From NCBI GenBank assembly GCA_000830275.1, contig CP010424.1, positions 960,001 through 992,000 of the forward strand: DNA of 32,000 nt. Reading direction: 5' to 3'. Source of the DNA: an archaeon GW2011_AR10. Lineage in GTDB: Archaea > Iainarchaeota > Iainarchaeia > Iainarchaeales > GW2011-AR10. Numbering within the stretch: position 1 is the first letter of the stretch; each line of letters opens with the position of its first letter. Shown piece by piece: positions 23,360-31,231 of this stretch. The translations under genes were made by a program, and so were the position numbers. The notes beneath the pieces are model-generated. The model was not told the origin of the DNA and did no database searches. It worked only from the letters and a program-made list of their open reading frames with translations.

Positions 23360-24640
23360 ATGCTAGACATAAGGGTTGTAAGAGAAAACCCGCAGTTGAT
23401 TGAATCAAACCTGAAAAAAAGGAATGATTTTGAAAAAATCAAGTGGCTTAATGATCTATTAAAAAAGGATGCGGACTTCCGAGAGCTCTTGCAGAAAGCC
23501 GAACTTTTGCGCCAGAAGCGAAACCAGTTAACCAAAGAAGTTGAAAAACTTAAGCGCGAAAAGAAGCCGGTGAAGAAGGCAATCGAGGAGGCAAAAAAGA
23601 TTCCTGAGCTGATTAAAAAAGCCGAGGAGAAAGCAAAGGCCCTGAAAGAAAAAGTTGATTTTTACTTGCTCCGTTTGCCTAACCTGCTGCACGAATCAGT
23701 TCCGCTAGGCAAAGACGAATCAGATAATCCGGTTGTTGGGAGTTGGGGTCAGCCGCGAAAGCCTAGCTTTAAGCTGAAGCACCATGGAATGCTGGCAGCG
23801 GAGCTTGGTGTTGCGGACTTCGAGCGCGCGGTAAAAATTTCGGGGGAAGGCTTTTTTTTTCTGAAAGGGGATTTGGCCTTAATGGATTTTGCTGTTCAGC
23901 GCCTCGCAATTGACCTGCTCCGTGATAAAGGCTTTACTTTAGTGCAGCCTCCTTTCCTTATGCGCAAAGAACCTTATGAGGGAGTAACTGAATTGTCTGA
24001 TTTTGAGAAGGTAATGTACAAGGTTGAAGGAGAAGACCTTTACCTTATCGCGACTTCCGAGCACCCGATTGCTGCAATGCATTCAAAAGAGATTCTTTCT
24101 GAAAATGAATTGCCAATAAAACTCGCGGGGGTTTCTTCCTGCTTCAGGCGCGAAGTAGGAAAGCATGGCCTGGATGAAAGGGGTTTGTTTCGTGTGCACC
24201 AGTTCAACAAAATAGAGCAGTTCGTTTTCTGCAGGCCAGAGGATTCCTGGGAAATCCATGAAGAGCTTTTAAGCAATGCAGAGGAACTCCTCAAAAAACT
24301 GGATATTCCATTCAATGTAACAAACATCTGCACCGGCGACATTGGCTTTGTTGCAGCAAAAAAATATGATGTTAACGGTTGGAGTCCTAGAGAAGAAAAG
24401 TTCTTTGAGCTAATGTCAGTGAGCAACTGCACTGCCTATCAGTCAACGCGTCTTGGAATAAAATACAGGAAAAAGAATGGCGAGAAAGAATTTGTTCATA
24501 CCCTTAACGCTACAATGGCTGCAACAACGAGGCTGCTCCGCTGCATTATTGAAAACTATCAAACGGAGCAAGGCAAAATTATTGTTCCAAAAGCCCTGCA
24601 GCCTTACATGAATGGCTTGAAGGAAATCAAGAAGGAATAA
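23360..24640 (+). CDS. serS: seryl-tRNA synthetase
   Basis: N-terminal coiled-coil arm plus class II core: SSCFRREVGKHG (motif 2), FRVHQFNKIEQF, NATMAATTRLLRCIIENYQ (motif 3). Confidence 0.95.
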   Translation: MLDIRVVRENPQLIESNLKKRNDFEKIKWLNDLLKKDADFRELLQKAELLRQKRNQLTKEVEKLKREKKPVKKAIEEAKKIPELIKKAEEKAKALKEKVDFYLLRLPNLLHESVPLGKDESDNPVVGSWGQPRKPSFKLKHHGMLAAELGVADFERAVKISGEGFFFLKGDLALMDFAVQRLAIDLLRDKGFTLVQPPFLMRKEPYEGVTELSDFEKVMYKVEGEDLYLIATSEHPIAAMHSKEILSENELPIKLAGVSSCFRREVGKHGLDERGLFRVHQFNKIEQFVFCRPEDSWEIHEELLSNAEELLKKLDIPFNVTNICTGDIGFVAAKKYDVNGWSPREEKFFELMSVSNCTAYQSTRLGIKYRKKNGEKEFVHTLNATMAATTRLLRCIIENYQTEQGKIIVPKALQPYMNGLKEIKKE

Positions 24641-24693
24641 CCACTTTTTAGAAAGATTTAAATATCTCTACTGGTTTTTCTTTTATTGATAAA

Positions 24694-24933
24694 ATGCCTC
24701 CCAGGGTGTCGCGTAGAGAGCAAAAAAGAATAAAAAGATTGGAGCAGAAAAGAAAAGCCCCTAACACCACTGGGAAAGGCAGGCAGGATAAAAGAAGGCA
24801 CACCCCGCAGCACACTGCTCCCGGTACAATGGAAGCAATGCATGAAAAAATACACCTATATGCCTTAACGCATGGGGTTTCTGTTGGCAAAGCAAAAAGA
24901 ATGTTGGGTTTGAAGCATCAAAAGCGGGGCTAG
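24694..24933 (+). CDS. very basic hypothetical protein (doubtful)
   Basis: Track ORF of 79 aa between convergent genes. The competing minus-strand ORFs are Cys-rich and hydrophobic. No motif found. Confidence 0.3.
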   Translation: MPPRVSRREQKRIKRLEQKRKAPNTTGKGRQDKRRHTPQHTAPGTMEAMHEKIHLYALTHGVSVGKAKRMLGLKHQKRG

Positions 24934-24986
24934 CTTTTGCTGTGAGAACTCCGGAAAAAATAAACTGTTTGTAATGCTTTAGAACA

Positions 24987-25403
24987 TCATTTTAATCTTT
25001 TAATTGCCCCGTTTTTTCTTAGAACCCTTTTCTCTACCTCTATTTCTCTCACGGTAATCTTCAACTCAGGAGCAACCTGTTTCAAAAGATCGCTCAACTT
25101 TACTGCACCCGAATTCTGGTGTTGCATAATGTAAGTTCGTATAATTCGTTTTCTTTCGGTCAGCTTTTTTGGGCCTCTTGTAACTGGAATTCTTTTAGGC
25201 TTTGTTGTTGACTCTTCATTATCCATGCCTGCTCTAATTCTTGAAATTAAGTCTCTGGTTACCCGCGTGTCTTGCAGTCCTGTAACTCGAAAAATTTCTT
25301 GAAAGGTTGCATATGGGTTATTCAAAAAATGCCTTCGGATTTCTGCTTCCGGGGGGTCAAGCTGTTGAAACTTGTGAGGAGGCGCTCGCTTTGGTTTTGG
25401 CAT
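24987..25403 (-). CDS. hypothetical HTH-like basic protein
   Basis: Track ORF of 138 aa. TFQEIFRVTGLQDTRVTRDLISRIR resembles an HTH, similar in style to the 5654-7451 proteins. Confidence 0.5.
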   Translation of the reverse strand: MPKPKRAPPHKFQQLDPPEAEIRRHFLNNPYATFQEIFRVTGLQDTRVTRDLISRIRAGMDNEESTTKPKRIPVTRGPKKLTERKRIIRTYIMQHQNSGAVKLSDLLKQVAPELKITVREIEVEKRVLRKNGAIKRLK

Positions 25404-25456
25404 ATATAACTCATGGTTTCATTCAATTTATTTGTTTGTTTTTTAATGAAGATACC

Positions 25457-25465
25457 ATTTAAAAA
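25457..25465 (+). promoter_or_regulatory. TATA-like box (ATTTAAAAA) upstream of tRNA-Lys(UUU)
   Basis: Centred about 32 nt upstream of the mature tRNA 5' end. The same spacing is seen at the two other plus-strand tRNAs. Confidence 0.4.
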
Positions 25466-25492
25466 CCTTCCAACGAATTTTCTTTTTGCTGT

Positions 25493-25566
25493 GGGCCCGT
25501 AGCTCAGCCTGGTAGAGCAGCGGCCTTTTAAGCCGCGTGCCGAGGGTTCGAATCCCTCCGGGCTCG
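25493..25566 (+). tRNA. tRNA-Lys (UUU), intronless
   Basis: GGGCCCG-TA-GCTC-AGCCTGGTA-GAGC-A-GCGGC-CTTTTAA-GCCGC-GTGCC-GAGGG-TTCGAAT-CCCTC-CGGGCTC-G. All four stems pair, with one G:U in the acceptor. Confidence 0.9.
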
Positions 25567-25598
25567 CTTTTATATTTAACTTCTTTCCATATTTCTTT

Positions 25599-26137
25599 AT
25601 GGAAAATCAGGCGGCTTTTAAGCAGCCGAGCATAGAGTTAGTTGAATTGAAGCGTTCCGAGCTTCATAAGTTTTTTCAAATTTTTGAAGAGGCTAGAAGT
25701 AAGGGTGAATTGGGGCATGTCGCTGCCCCAGAATCGCTTGCAGATGTGGTTGACAATTATGACCGTGCAAGGGGCCGTTATAAGTTAAACTATTTTTTGG
25801 TTAGGGCACTTGAGGATTTCCCGCAAGTTTCGCTGAGGTCAGGTAATGTTGTTGGCGCGATTGCAACTTTTTCAGATCTTGAGAAAGGAGGAGGGGTAAT
25901 ATTCAACCAGTTTGTGAAAAATGAGTATAGGCGCCTTGGCTTTGGCACAGCCAGTTTGAGGGCTGCAAAAGTTTTCTAATAAAAAAAGGGATTAAAAAAA
26001 TTGAGGTGCGAATTAAGTGGAATTTCTGGAAACAAATCCGGAGAATCAGAAGAGGGGGGTATGGTTTTGCTTGGCTTTGGCCTAGTTATCGTTTGAGGGG
26101 AAAGCGCTATTTGGTTCTTAGGAAAAGAGTAAAATAG
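25599..26137 (+). pseudogene. GNAT-family N-acetyltransferase interrupted by a frameshift and double stop
   Basis: Frame 1 ends ...YRRLGFGTASLRAAKVF-TAA-TAA at 25977. The GNAT C-terminus continues in the -1 frame: (FLI)KKGIKKIEVRIKWNFWKQIRRIRRGGYGF..., ending at 26137. The break sits at a T4/A8 homopolymer stretch. Confidence 0.55.
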
Positions 26138-26191
26138 GTTAAAGAATAGCAAGATTTATTTTTTGGTTTGTATTTAATTGTTTTTTGTGTT

Positions 26192-26295
26192 GTTCATCAA
26201 TGTGTGTTCTCCGTAAAAACCTTGCAAACTTATTAATCACCCTTGGATCTTGGCTCTTGATTTCAAATTTCTGGGTTATTGAAGGCGTTGTTGGG
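26192..26295. repeat. 104-bp direct repeat, copy 1 (orphan fragment of the sugar-transferase gene)
   Basis: Matches 31527-31630 at a constant offset of 5335 nt. The first 93 bp are identical and there are 2 mismatches overall. It would encode ...SITQKFEIKSQDPRVINKFARFLRRTHIDE on the minus strand but is not part of any long ORF here. Confidence 0.85.
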
Positions 26296-26407
26296 CGTTT
26301 ACAACCTATATGTGTGCCATCTTCGATGGCACGGTAATTTTGCTCCGTTTACGGGGTGTGGCATCTGTGAACACCAATATATAACCCGTTCCAATGAGTA
26401 ATATGTT

Positions 26408-26584
26408 ATGACGAATGACACAAACAAAACTAATTCAACCCCTACAAAGGCTTTGCGTGAACTGACAGAGAGGTTTGAGTTGCATACTAATCGCATTAGG
26501 GTAATTGAGCAGCAGTTCTTGGATTTGTCCGCACGTGTGAACAATATAGAGAATTCAAGGCAAAAAATAACATTTGTTCAATAA
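26408..26584 (+). CDS. 58-aa coiled-coil micro-protein (hypothetical)
   Basis: Below the track cutoff. MTNDTNKTNSTPTKALRELTERFELHTNRIRVIEQQFLDLSARVNNIENSRQKITFVQ*. It is more protein-like than the overlapping Cys-rich minus-strand ORF 26299..26544. Confidence 0.35.
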   Translation: MTNDTNKTNSTPTKALRELTERFELHTNRIRVIEQQFLDLSARVNNIENSRQKITFVQ

Positions 26585-26633
26585 TAAGTGGGCAGATACG
26601 CTAATTTATACTTGAAAAACGTTATTTTATGCT

Positions 26634-27071
26634 ATGGAAATTGTTAGGGTTGGCAAAGGCCATGTGGATGCCATTGCAGGGCTTTTGAAAAAGGAGTTCC
26701 TCAAGCCACCCTATAATGAAACGTGGATTCTGTCAAAGCTGATTGGCAGGGTGGAAGAAGTTTTCCATGACAACAGGCTGTATTGTTTTGTTGCTTTGGA
26801 GGGCAGCTCGGTCATCGGGGTTATTCTTGCAAGCACATTTGTTTTCCGCGATGGGTCCCGCTGTTTTGTAGAAGAGTTTGTGGTTGACTCTGAAAAACAG
26901 AACAAAGGAGTTGGAACCAAGCTCTTGAAACGATTAGAAAAGGAATGCAAAAAAGCCAAAATCAAAACCATCTGGCTTACAGCCAACCAAAAATCAAATG
27001 CCAGAAACTTCTACTCAAAAAACGGTTTCATCGCCTCAGATTACAGGTTGATGGAGAAAAGAATTGACTAA
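26634..27071 (+). CDS. GNAT-family N-acetyltransferase
   Basis: Motif A QNKGVGTKLLKRLE. The C-terminal NARNFYSKNGF is typical of the family. Confidence 0.85.
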   Translation: MEIVRVGKGHVDAIAGLLKKEFLKPPYNETWILSKLIGRVEEVFHDNRLYCFVALEGSSVIGVILASTFVFRDGSRCFVEEFVVDSEKQNKGVGTKLLKRLEKECKKAKIKTIWLTANQKSNARNFYSKNGFIASDYRLMEKRID

Positions 27072-27078
27072 AAGTTGG

Positions 27079-28410
27079 TTAGATTTTTTCCAAGTACTTT
27101 TCTGTTTCCCATTGCGTTACCTGCAGCCTGTACTCATCATACTCCGCTGTTTTGGCTTCAACGTACTGCTTGAATGTGTGCTCTCCTAGTGCTTCAACTA
27201 AAACCCTGTCGTTTTTCAGTTCCTCGATTGCTTCCCTCAGCGAGTAAGGCAATGTTTTGATGCCAATCTCTGCAATTTTTTCATCGCTGAAATCATACAG
27301 GCTTTCTTCAACCGGTTTCGGGGGCTCAAGTTTTCTTTTGATTCCGTCAAGGCCTGTCATTAGCATTGCGGCAAACGCAAGGTACGGGTTTGCGCTTGGG
27401 TCAGGGCACCTAAGTTCGGCTCTTGTTGAGTTTTCCCTTCCAACAGAATAACGAGGAATTCTTATCATTGCTGACCTGTTTATTTGCCCCCAGCTGATGT
27501 AAACTGGCGCCTCATACCCTGGCACCAGCCGCTTGTAAGAATTGACTGTTGGGGCAATTACTGCTGACATTGCTCTCGCATGCTCTAGTTGCCCTGCAAT
27601 AAAATGCTTTGCTATTGCGCTTAACTTGTAGTCATTATTAGCATCGTAAAAAGCATTTTTTTTGTTTTTGAACAGGCTTTGGTGCACGTGCATGCCTGAA
27701 CCATTAATGCCATAGATTGGTTTTGGCATAAAGCTAGCGTACAGCCCGTGCGCTTGAGCAATTGATTTTACCGTGTATTTGAAAGTGATAACATTATCGG
27801 CTGTTGCCAATGCATCAGAGTATTTGAAATCGATTTCGTGCTGGCCGAATGCAACCTCGTGGTGTGATGCTTCAACCTCTAACCCCAGTTTTTCCAGCGA
27901 GGATATTATGTCTTTTCTGACATCGGATGCCAGGTCTCTTGGAGCAAAATCAAAGTATCCGCCAACATCGTGGGGGGCGGAAGTGATTTTTCCTTCTTTT
28001 GTCTGGAAGAGAAAAAACTCCAGCTCTGGCCCAACATTATATTCAAAACCCATCTCCCCGGCCTTTTTAACAGCTCTTTTCAGAATGTGTCTTGGGTCTC
28101 CTTCGAATGGCTTTCCGTCAGGAGTGAAAACATCACAGATTATTCTTGCGGTTTTGTGGCCGTTCTCGCTTTTCCAAGGAATGATGCGGAAAGTGTTCGT
28201 GTCTGGCTTTAAGAACATGTCTGATTCGTAGATACGAGCGAACCCTTCAATGCTGCTGCCATCAAACCATGTTCCTCTTTCCAGTGATTCTTTGAGTTTG
28301 TGGTCTGGAATTGTTACGCTTTTAATGGCGCCATCTATGTCAGAGAACTGCAGTTCAACCAGTTTCACGTTCTCTTTTTTTATTCTTTCAAGCATTTCCC
28401 GTGTTTCCAC
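27079..28410 (-). CDS. glnA: glutamine synthetase, type I
   Basis: Full-length 443 aa with GS signatures (FDGSSIEGF, GSGMHVHQSL, NPYLAFAAML). GTG start with GGTG about 8 nt upstream. Confidence 0.95.
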   Translation of the reverse strand: METREMLERIKKENVKLVELQFSDIDGAIKSVTIPDHKLKESLERGTWFDGSSIEGFARIYESDMFLKPDTNTFRIIPWKSENGHKTARIICDVFTPDGKPFEGDPRHILKRAVKKAGEMGFEYNVGPELEFFLFQTKEGKITSAPHDVGGYFDFAPRDLASDVRKDIISSLEKLGLEVEASHHEVAFGQHEIDFKYSDALATADNVITFKYTVKSIAQAHGLYASFMPKPIYGINGSGMHVHQSLFKNKKNAFYDANNDYKLSAIAKHFIAGQLEHARAMSAVIAPTVNSYKRLVPGYEAPVYISWGQINRSAMIRIPRYSVGRENSTRAELRCPDPSANPYLAFAAMLMTGLDGIKRKLEPPKPVEESLYDFSDEKIAEIGIKTLPYSLREAIEELKNDRVLVEALGEHTFKQYVEAKTAEYDEYRLQVTQWETEKYLEKI

Positions 28411-28431
28411 TTTTTTTCACCTTTCAATTGC

Positions 28432-29733
28432 CTACATTGGGCTGCTGCCTGTAAGCTCATGGTATGCTTCTGCTTTGTGCTCTGATGCATCCAATCCTTT
28501 TATCTCGTCTTCTTCTGATGCTCTCAAGCCTATTACAACATTAATTGCCTTGAACATTATGAGTGAGGCGGGAAACACAAACAGGAATGCTGCTGCAATT
28601 CCTGTTGCTTGGCTTGCAAGCTGTGAAATGCCGCCGCCAAACAGCAAACCATTTACCCCGCCAAATGCTTCTTCTGCAAACAAGCCTACTGCAAGCGTGC
28701 CCCATGCACCGCATACCCCGTGCACAGAGATTGCTCCAACAGGGTCATCCACTTTGATTGAATCAAAGAACTTTACTGCTGCAACAACTATTGTGCCGCC
28801 GATTGCGCCGATTATTATTGCGCTTAGTGGGCTGACGTTTGCTGTTCCTGCAGTTATTGAAACCAAGCCGGCAAGCGCTCCGTTAAGCGTCATTCCAATG
28901 TTTGGCTTTGAGCTTTTTAACCACGTTACCGCCATTGCAGCTGTTGCGCCAGCTGCTGCTGCAAGTGTTGTTGTAACAGCAATTGCAGCAATACTTGCAT
29001 TTGTTCCTGCAAGTGTTGACCCTGCGTTGAACCCGTACCACCCAAACCACAAAATGAAAACCCCGAGTGTTGCTAAGGGCAGTGAGTGCCCTTTTATTTC
29101 CACTGCTTTTCCTTTAATGTATTTCCCGATTCTTGGGCCAACAGCTATTGCTCCTGCAAGTGCTGCCCAGCCCCCAACGCTGTGCACAACAGTTGAGCCG
29201 GCAAAGTCAATGAATGGCGCCTCCAATTCCGAGAGCCAGCCCCCTCCCCAGGCCCAGTGCCCAACAACAGGGTATATAATCGCTGTTATTGCAAAAGAGA
29301 AAGCAAGGTACGCTGAAAACCGTGTTCGTTCAGCCATGGCGCCTGAAACAATTGTCGCTGCGGTTGCTGCAAACACCACTTGAAACATCCAGAAAGCGTA
29401 TTCCTGCATTGTTGCCCCTGCCAATAAAAAGTTTTCAATGCCAAAAAATGCGGTTCCTGCACCAAACATTATGCCAAAGCCGATTGCAAAGTAACCCAAA
29501 CTGCCTATTGCAAAGTCCATCAGGTTCTTCATCATGATGTTGCCGGTGTTTTTTGCCCTGGTGAAGCCGCTTTCCACCATTGCAAAGCCAGCCTGCATGA
29601 AGAAAACAAGGAATGCAGCCAGCAGCATCCAAGTCATGTCAATGCTTGCTGCAAGCGACTCAAGTGTTGGCTCAGCCAGCACTGTAGGCAATAATGCAAC
29701 TAATGCCCCCACTAAAATTAGTTTTTTGTCCAC
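28432..29733 (-). CDS. amt: ammonium transporter (Amt family)
   Basis: Polytopic membrane protein with Amt signatures (AGFAMVESG, DFAGSTVVHSVGG, SVHGVCGAWGTLAVGLF). It lies 21 nt upstream of glnA on the same strand. Confidence 0.95.
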   Translation of the reverse strand: MDKKLILVGALVALLPTVLAEPTLESLAASIDMTWMLLAAFLVFFMQAGFAMVESGFTRAKNTGNIMMKNLMDFAIGSLGYFAIGFGIMFGAGTAFFGIENFLLAGATMQEYAFWMFQVVFAATAATIVSGAMAERTRFSAYLAFSFAITAIIYPVVGHWAWGGGWLSELEAPFIDFAGSTVVHSVGGWAALAGAIAVGPRIGKYIKGKAVEIKGHSLPLATLGVFILWFGWYGFNAGSTLAGTNASIAAIAVTTTLAAAAGATAAMAVTWLKSSKPNIGMTLNGALAGLVSITAGTANVSPLSAIIIGAIGGTIVVAAVKFFDSIKVDDPVGAISVHGVCGAWGTLAVGLFAEEAFGGVNGLLFGGGISQLASQATGIAAAFLFVFPASLIMFKAINVVIGLRASEEDEIKGLDASEHKAEAYHELTGSSPM

Positions 29734-29874
29734 TACAACTTCTTCTTTTCAGATATTTAAATAGTTTATTGGTTTTTTTTTAAACAATTATTTAAAAAAC
29801 TATAATTTTTAATTGTTTTTGTTTAATATTTTATTTGGTTTTTGTGTTTTTTTTGGCATTTGGCGGGATTTTTA

Positions 29875-30318
29875 ATGGAGCTTGACAAAACAGATTTAGC
29901 TATCCTCCGTGTTCTTGATGGGAATGCAAGGCTTTCTTTCAGAAAAGTTGCAGCCAAAACAGGTGTTTCAGTTGCAACTGTAATGAACCGTGTCCGCGAA
30001 CTGGAAAATAACAAGGTGATTAAGGCTTATTCTGTGGAACTGGATTACGAGAATATGGGCTATGAGTTACAAGCCATAACTTCAATTATTGTTTCTAAAG
30101 GGAAACTAAATCAGGTTGAAAACAAAATAGCTGTGCACCCGAACGTTACAGCGGTTTACGATATTACGGGCCACTTTGATGTTTTAGTTATTTCGAGGTT
30201 TAAGACAAGGAGAGGCCTTGACGAGTTCCTGAAAAAAATCCAGACATACGAGTTCGTGGAAAAGACTGAAACTGACATAATTTTGAACACCATTAAGCGG
30301 GCTCCGTTAAAGGTTTGA
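29875..30318 (+). CDS. lrp: Lrp/AsnC-family transcriptional regulator
   Basis: HTH SFRKVAAKTGVSVATVMNRVRELE plus a C-terminal RAM domain. Trimmed to the ATG at 29875 (MELDKTDLAILR). Divergent from amt-glnA. Confidence 0.85.
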   Translation: MELDKTDLAILRVLDGNARLSFRKVAAKTGVSVATVMNRVRELENNKVIKAYSVELDYENMGYELQAITSIIVSKGKLNQVENKIAVHPNVTAVYDITGHFDVLVISRFKTRRGLDEFLKKIQTYEFVEKTETDIILNTIKRAPLKV

Positions 30319-31001
30319 CCTGCACCGGAAATGAGGCGCTTCGAAAAGCAGTTAATAGTGAAATAGTTTATTCTGTAATGTATTCTCCTTCTGAACTAGA
30401 ACTGGTTGGCGCTATTATTGGAGATGGGCACATTCATGCCAAACCACCTAAATATTATTTTGGTTTAACTGGAAATAAGGTGACTGACAGGGAATACTTT
30501 GCAAAGCTCTCAGCTTTGATTAGTAGTGTTTGGAATAAAAATGCAAGAGTATTTGAGAGCAGTGGTGGTTTAAGAATAAGAGTTTATTCTAAAAAGATAG
30601 TTCATAAACTCATTAATGATTTTAGCATCCCCTTTAATGCTGGAAAGTGTTATTCAGTCAAAATTCCCGGCGTGTTTCTCAAAGACTATTCCAAGTCAAA
30701 GCACATTATTCGCGGCATAGCGGATACTGATGGCTCCGTGTTTGTTTCTGACAAGCCCGGCGCCATGGATTACCCTTCTTTGGAAATAACCACTGTAAGC
30801 AAAGAGTTGGCGGAGAATATTTGGGAAATTTTAATTAAAAATGGTTTTAGGGTGGCTAGAATAAGGAAATCAAGGTCTCGCCTGAGTAAATCCGATGCTT
30901 ATAAGGTTTGTTTGTATGGAAAAGCAAATTTGAAGAAGTGGATTGAGGAAATAGGTTTTTCAAATCCCCATAAATACCTAAAAGCGGTTTCATTTCTTTA
31001 A
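30315..31001 (+). CDS. free-standing double-motif LAGLIDADG homing-endonuclease-like protein
   Basis: Two LAGLIDADG motifs: LVGAIIGDGHI and IIRGIADTDGSV. The TTG start overlaps the lrp stop (TTGA). An alternative start is ATG at 30378. Confidence 0.75.
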   Translation: MTCTGNEALRKAVNSEIVYSVMYSPSELELVGAIIGDGHIHAKPPKYYFGLTGNKVTDREYFAKLSALISSVWNKNARVFESSGGLRIRVYSKKIVHKLINDFSIPFNAGKCYSVKIPGVFLKDYSKSKHIIRGIADTDGSVFVSDKPGAMDYPSLEITTVSKELAENIWEILIKNGFRVARIRKSRSRLSKSDAYKVCLYGKANLKKWIEEIGFSNPHKYLKAVSFL

Positions 31002-31007
31002 GACATG

Positions 31008-31016
31008 CTTTTAAAC
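31008..31016 (+). promoter_or_regulatory. TATA-like box (CTTTTAAAC) upstream of tRNA-Phe
   Basis: Centred about 33 nt upstream of 31045. Confidence 0.4.
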
Positions 31017-31044
31017 TTTCTTTTGCAAGAATTGTTTTGTTTGG

Positions 31045-31212
31045 GGGAAGGTAGCTCAGCCTGGGAGAGCACATGACCGGCACAAGCTTGCCTGTTAGTG
31101 ACTTGTTTTGCCAGTGTGTAGCTGAAGATGGGGCAACATTGTTTTGTTGTTTTAATCTTCGTTGCTCTCAGCGGTGACCATGGTGTCGCGGGTTCAAATC
31201 CCGCTCTTCCCA
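31045..31212 (+). tRNA. tRNA-Phe (GAA) with two introns (30/31 and 37/38)
   Basis: Exon 1 31045-31075 (positions 1-30), intron 31076-31120, exon 2 31121-31127 (GCTGAAG, positions 31-37), intron 31128-31176, exon 3 31177-31212. The spliced product is 74 nt: GGGAAGG-TA-GCTC-AGCCTGGGA-GAGC-A-CATGG-CTGAAGA-CCATG-GTGTC-GCGGG-TTCAAAT-CCCGC-TCTTCCC-A. BHB details are given in the findings. Confidence 0.75.
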
Positions 31213-31231
31213 TTAACTGTCCTCATCTGAA

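Noticed and set aside
26299-26544. 81-aa minus-strand ORF.
   Set aside because: It is Cys/His/Trp-rich with no start context. It overlaps a more protein-like plus-strand coiled-coil micro-ORF, and it abuts the orphan gene fragment. Neither ORF is certain.
28250-29383. 377-aa plus-strand ORF, with other long ORFs at 27773..28231, 27970..28212 and 28563..28757.
   Set aside because: They are antisense shadows of amt and glnA, with low-complexity Ala/Ser/Pro-rich composition. The opposite strand carries unmistakable Amt and GS signatures.
31076-31176. Alternative identities for the 31045 tRNA: Asn via the CTGTTAG loop (31092-98), or Glu via the CTCTCAG loop (31165-71).
   Set aside because: The Asn parse needs a 15-nt intron with a poor BHB and leaves an A31:C39 mismatch. 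The Glu parse would require a 6-nt intron. The body (GCTCAGCCTGGGAGAGC D-arm) also fits Phe better, and only the Phe parse gives a perfect stem plus a 4-bp BHB helix.
31076-31176. Box C/D sRNA embedded in the long tRNA intron, as in the haloarchaeal tRNA-Trp intron (CTGA-AGATGG at 31122-31131, ATGACC at 31073).
   Set aside because: The C and D boxes are degenerate. The box spacing (more than 40 nt) is far from the roughly 12-nt guide length of archaeal C/D RNAs.
30998-31213. 71-aa minus-strand ORF.
   Set aside because: It lies entirely over the tRNA-Phe gene and its promoter, so it is an artefact.
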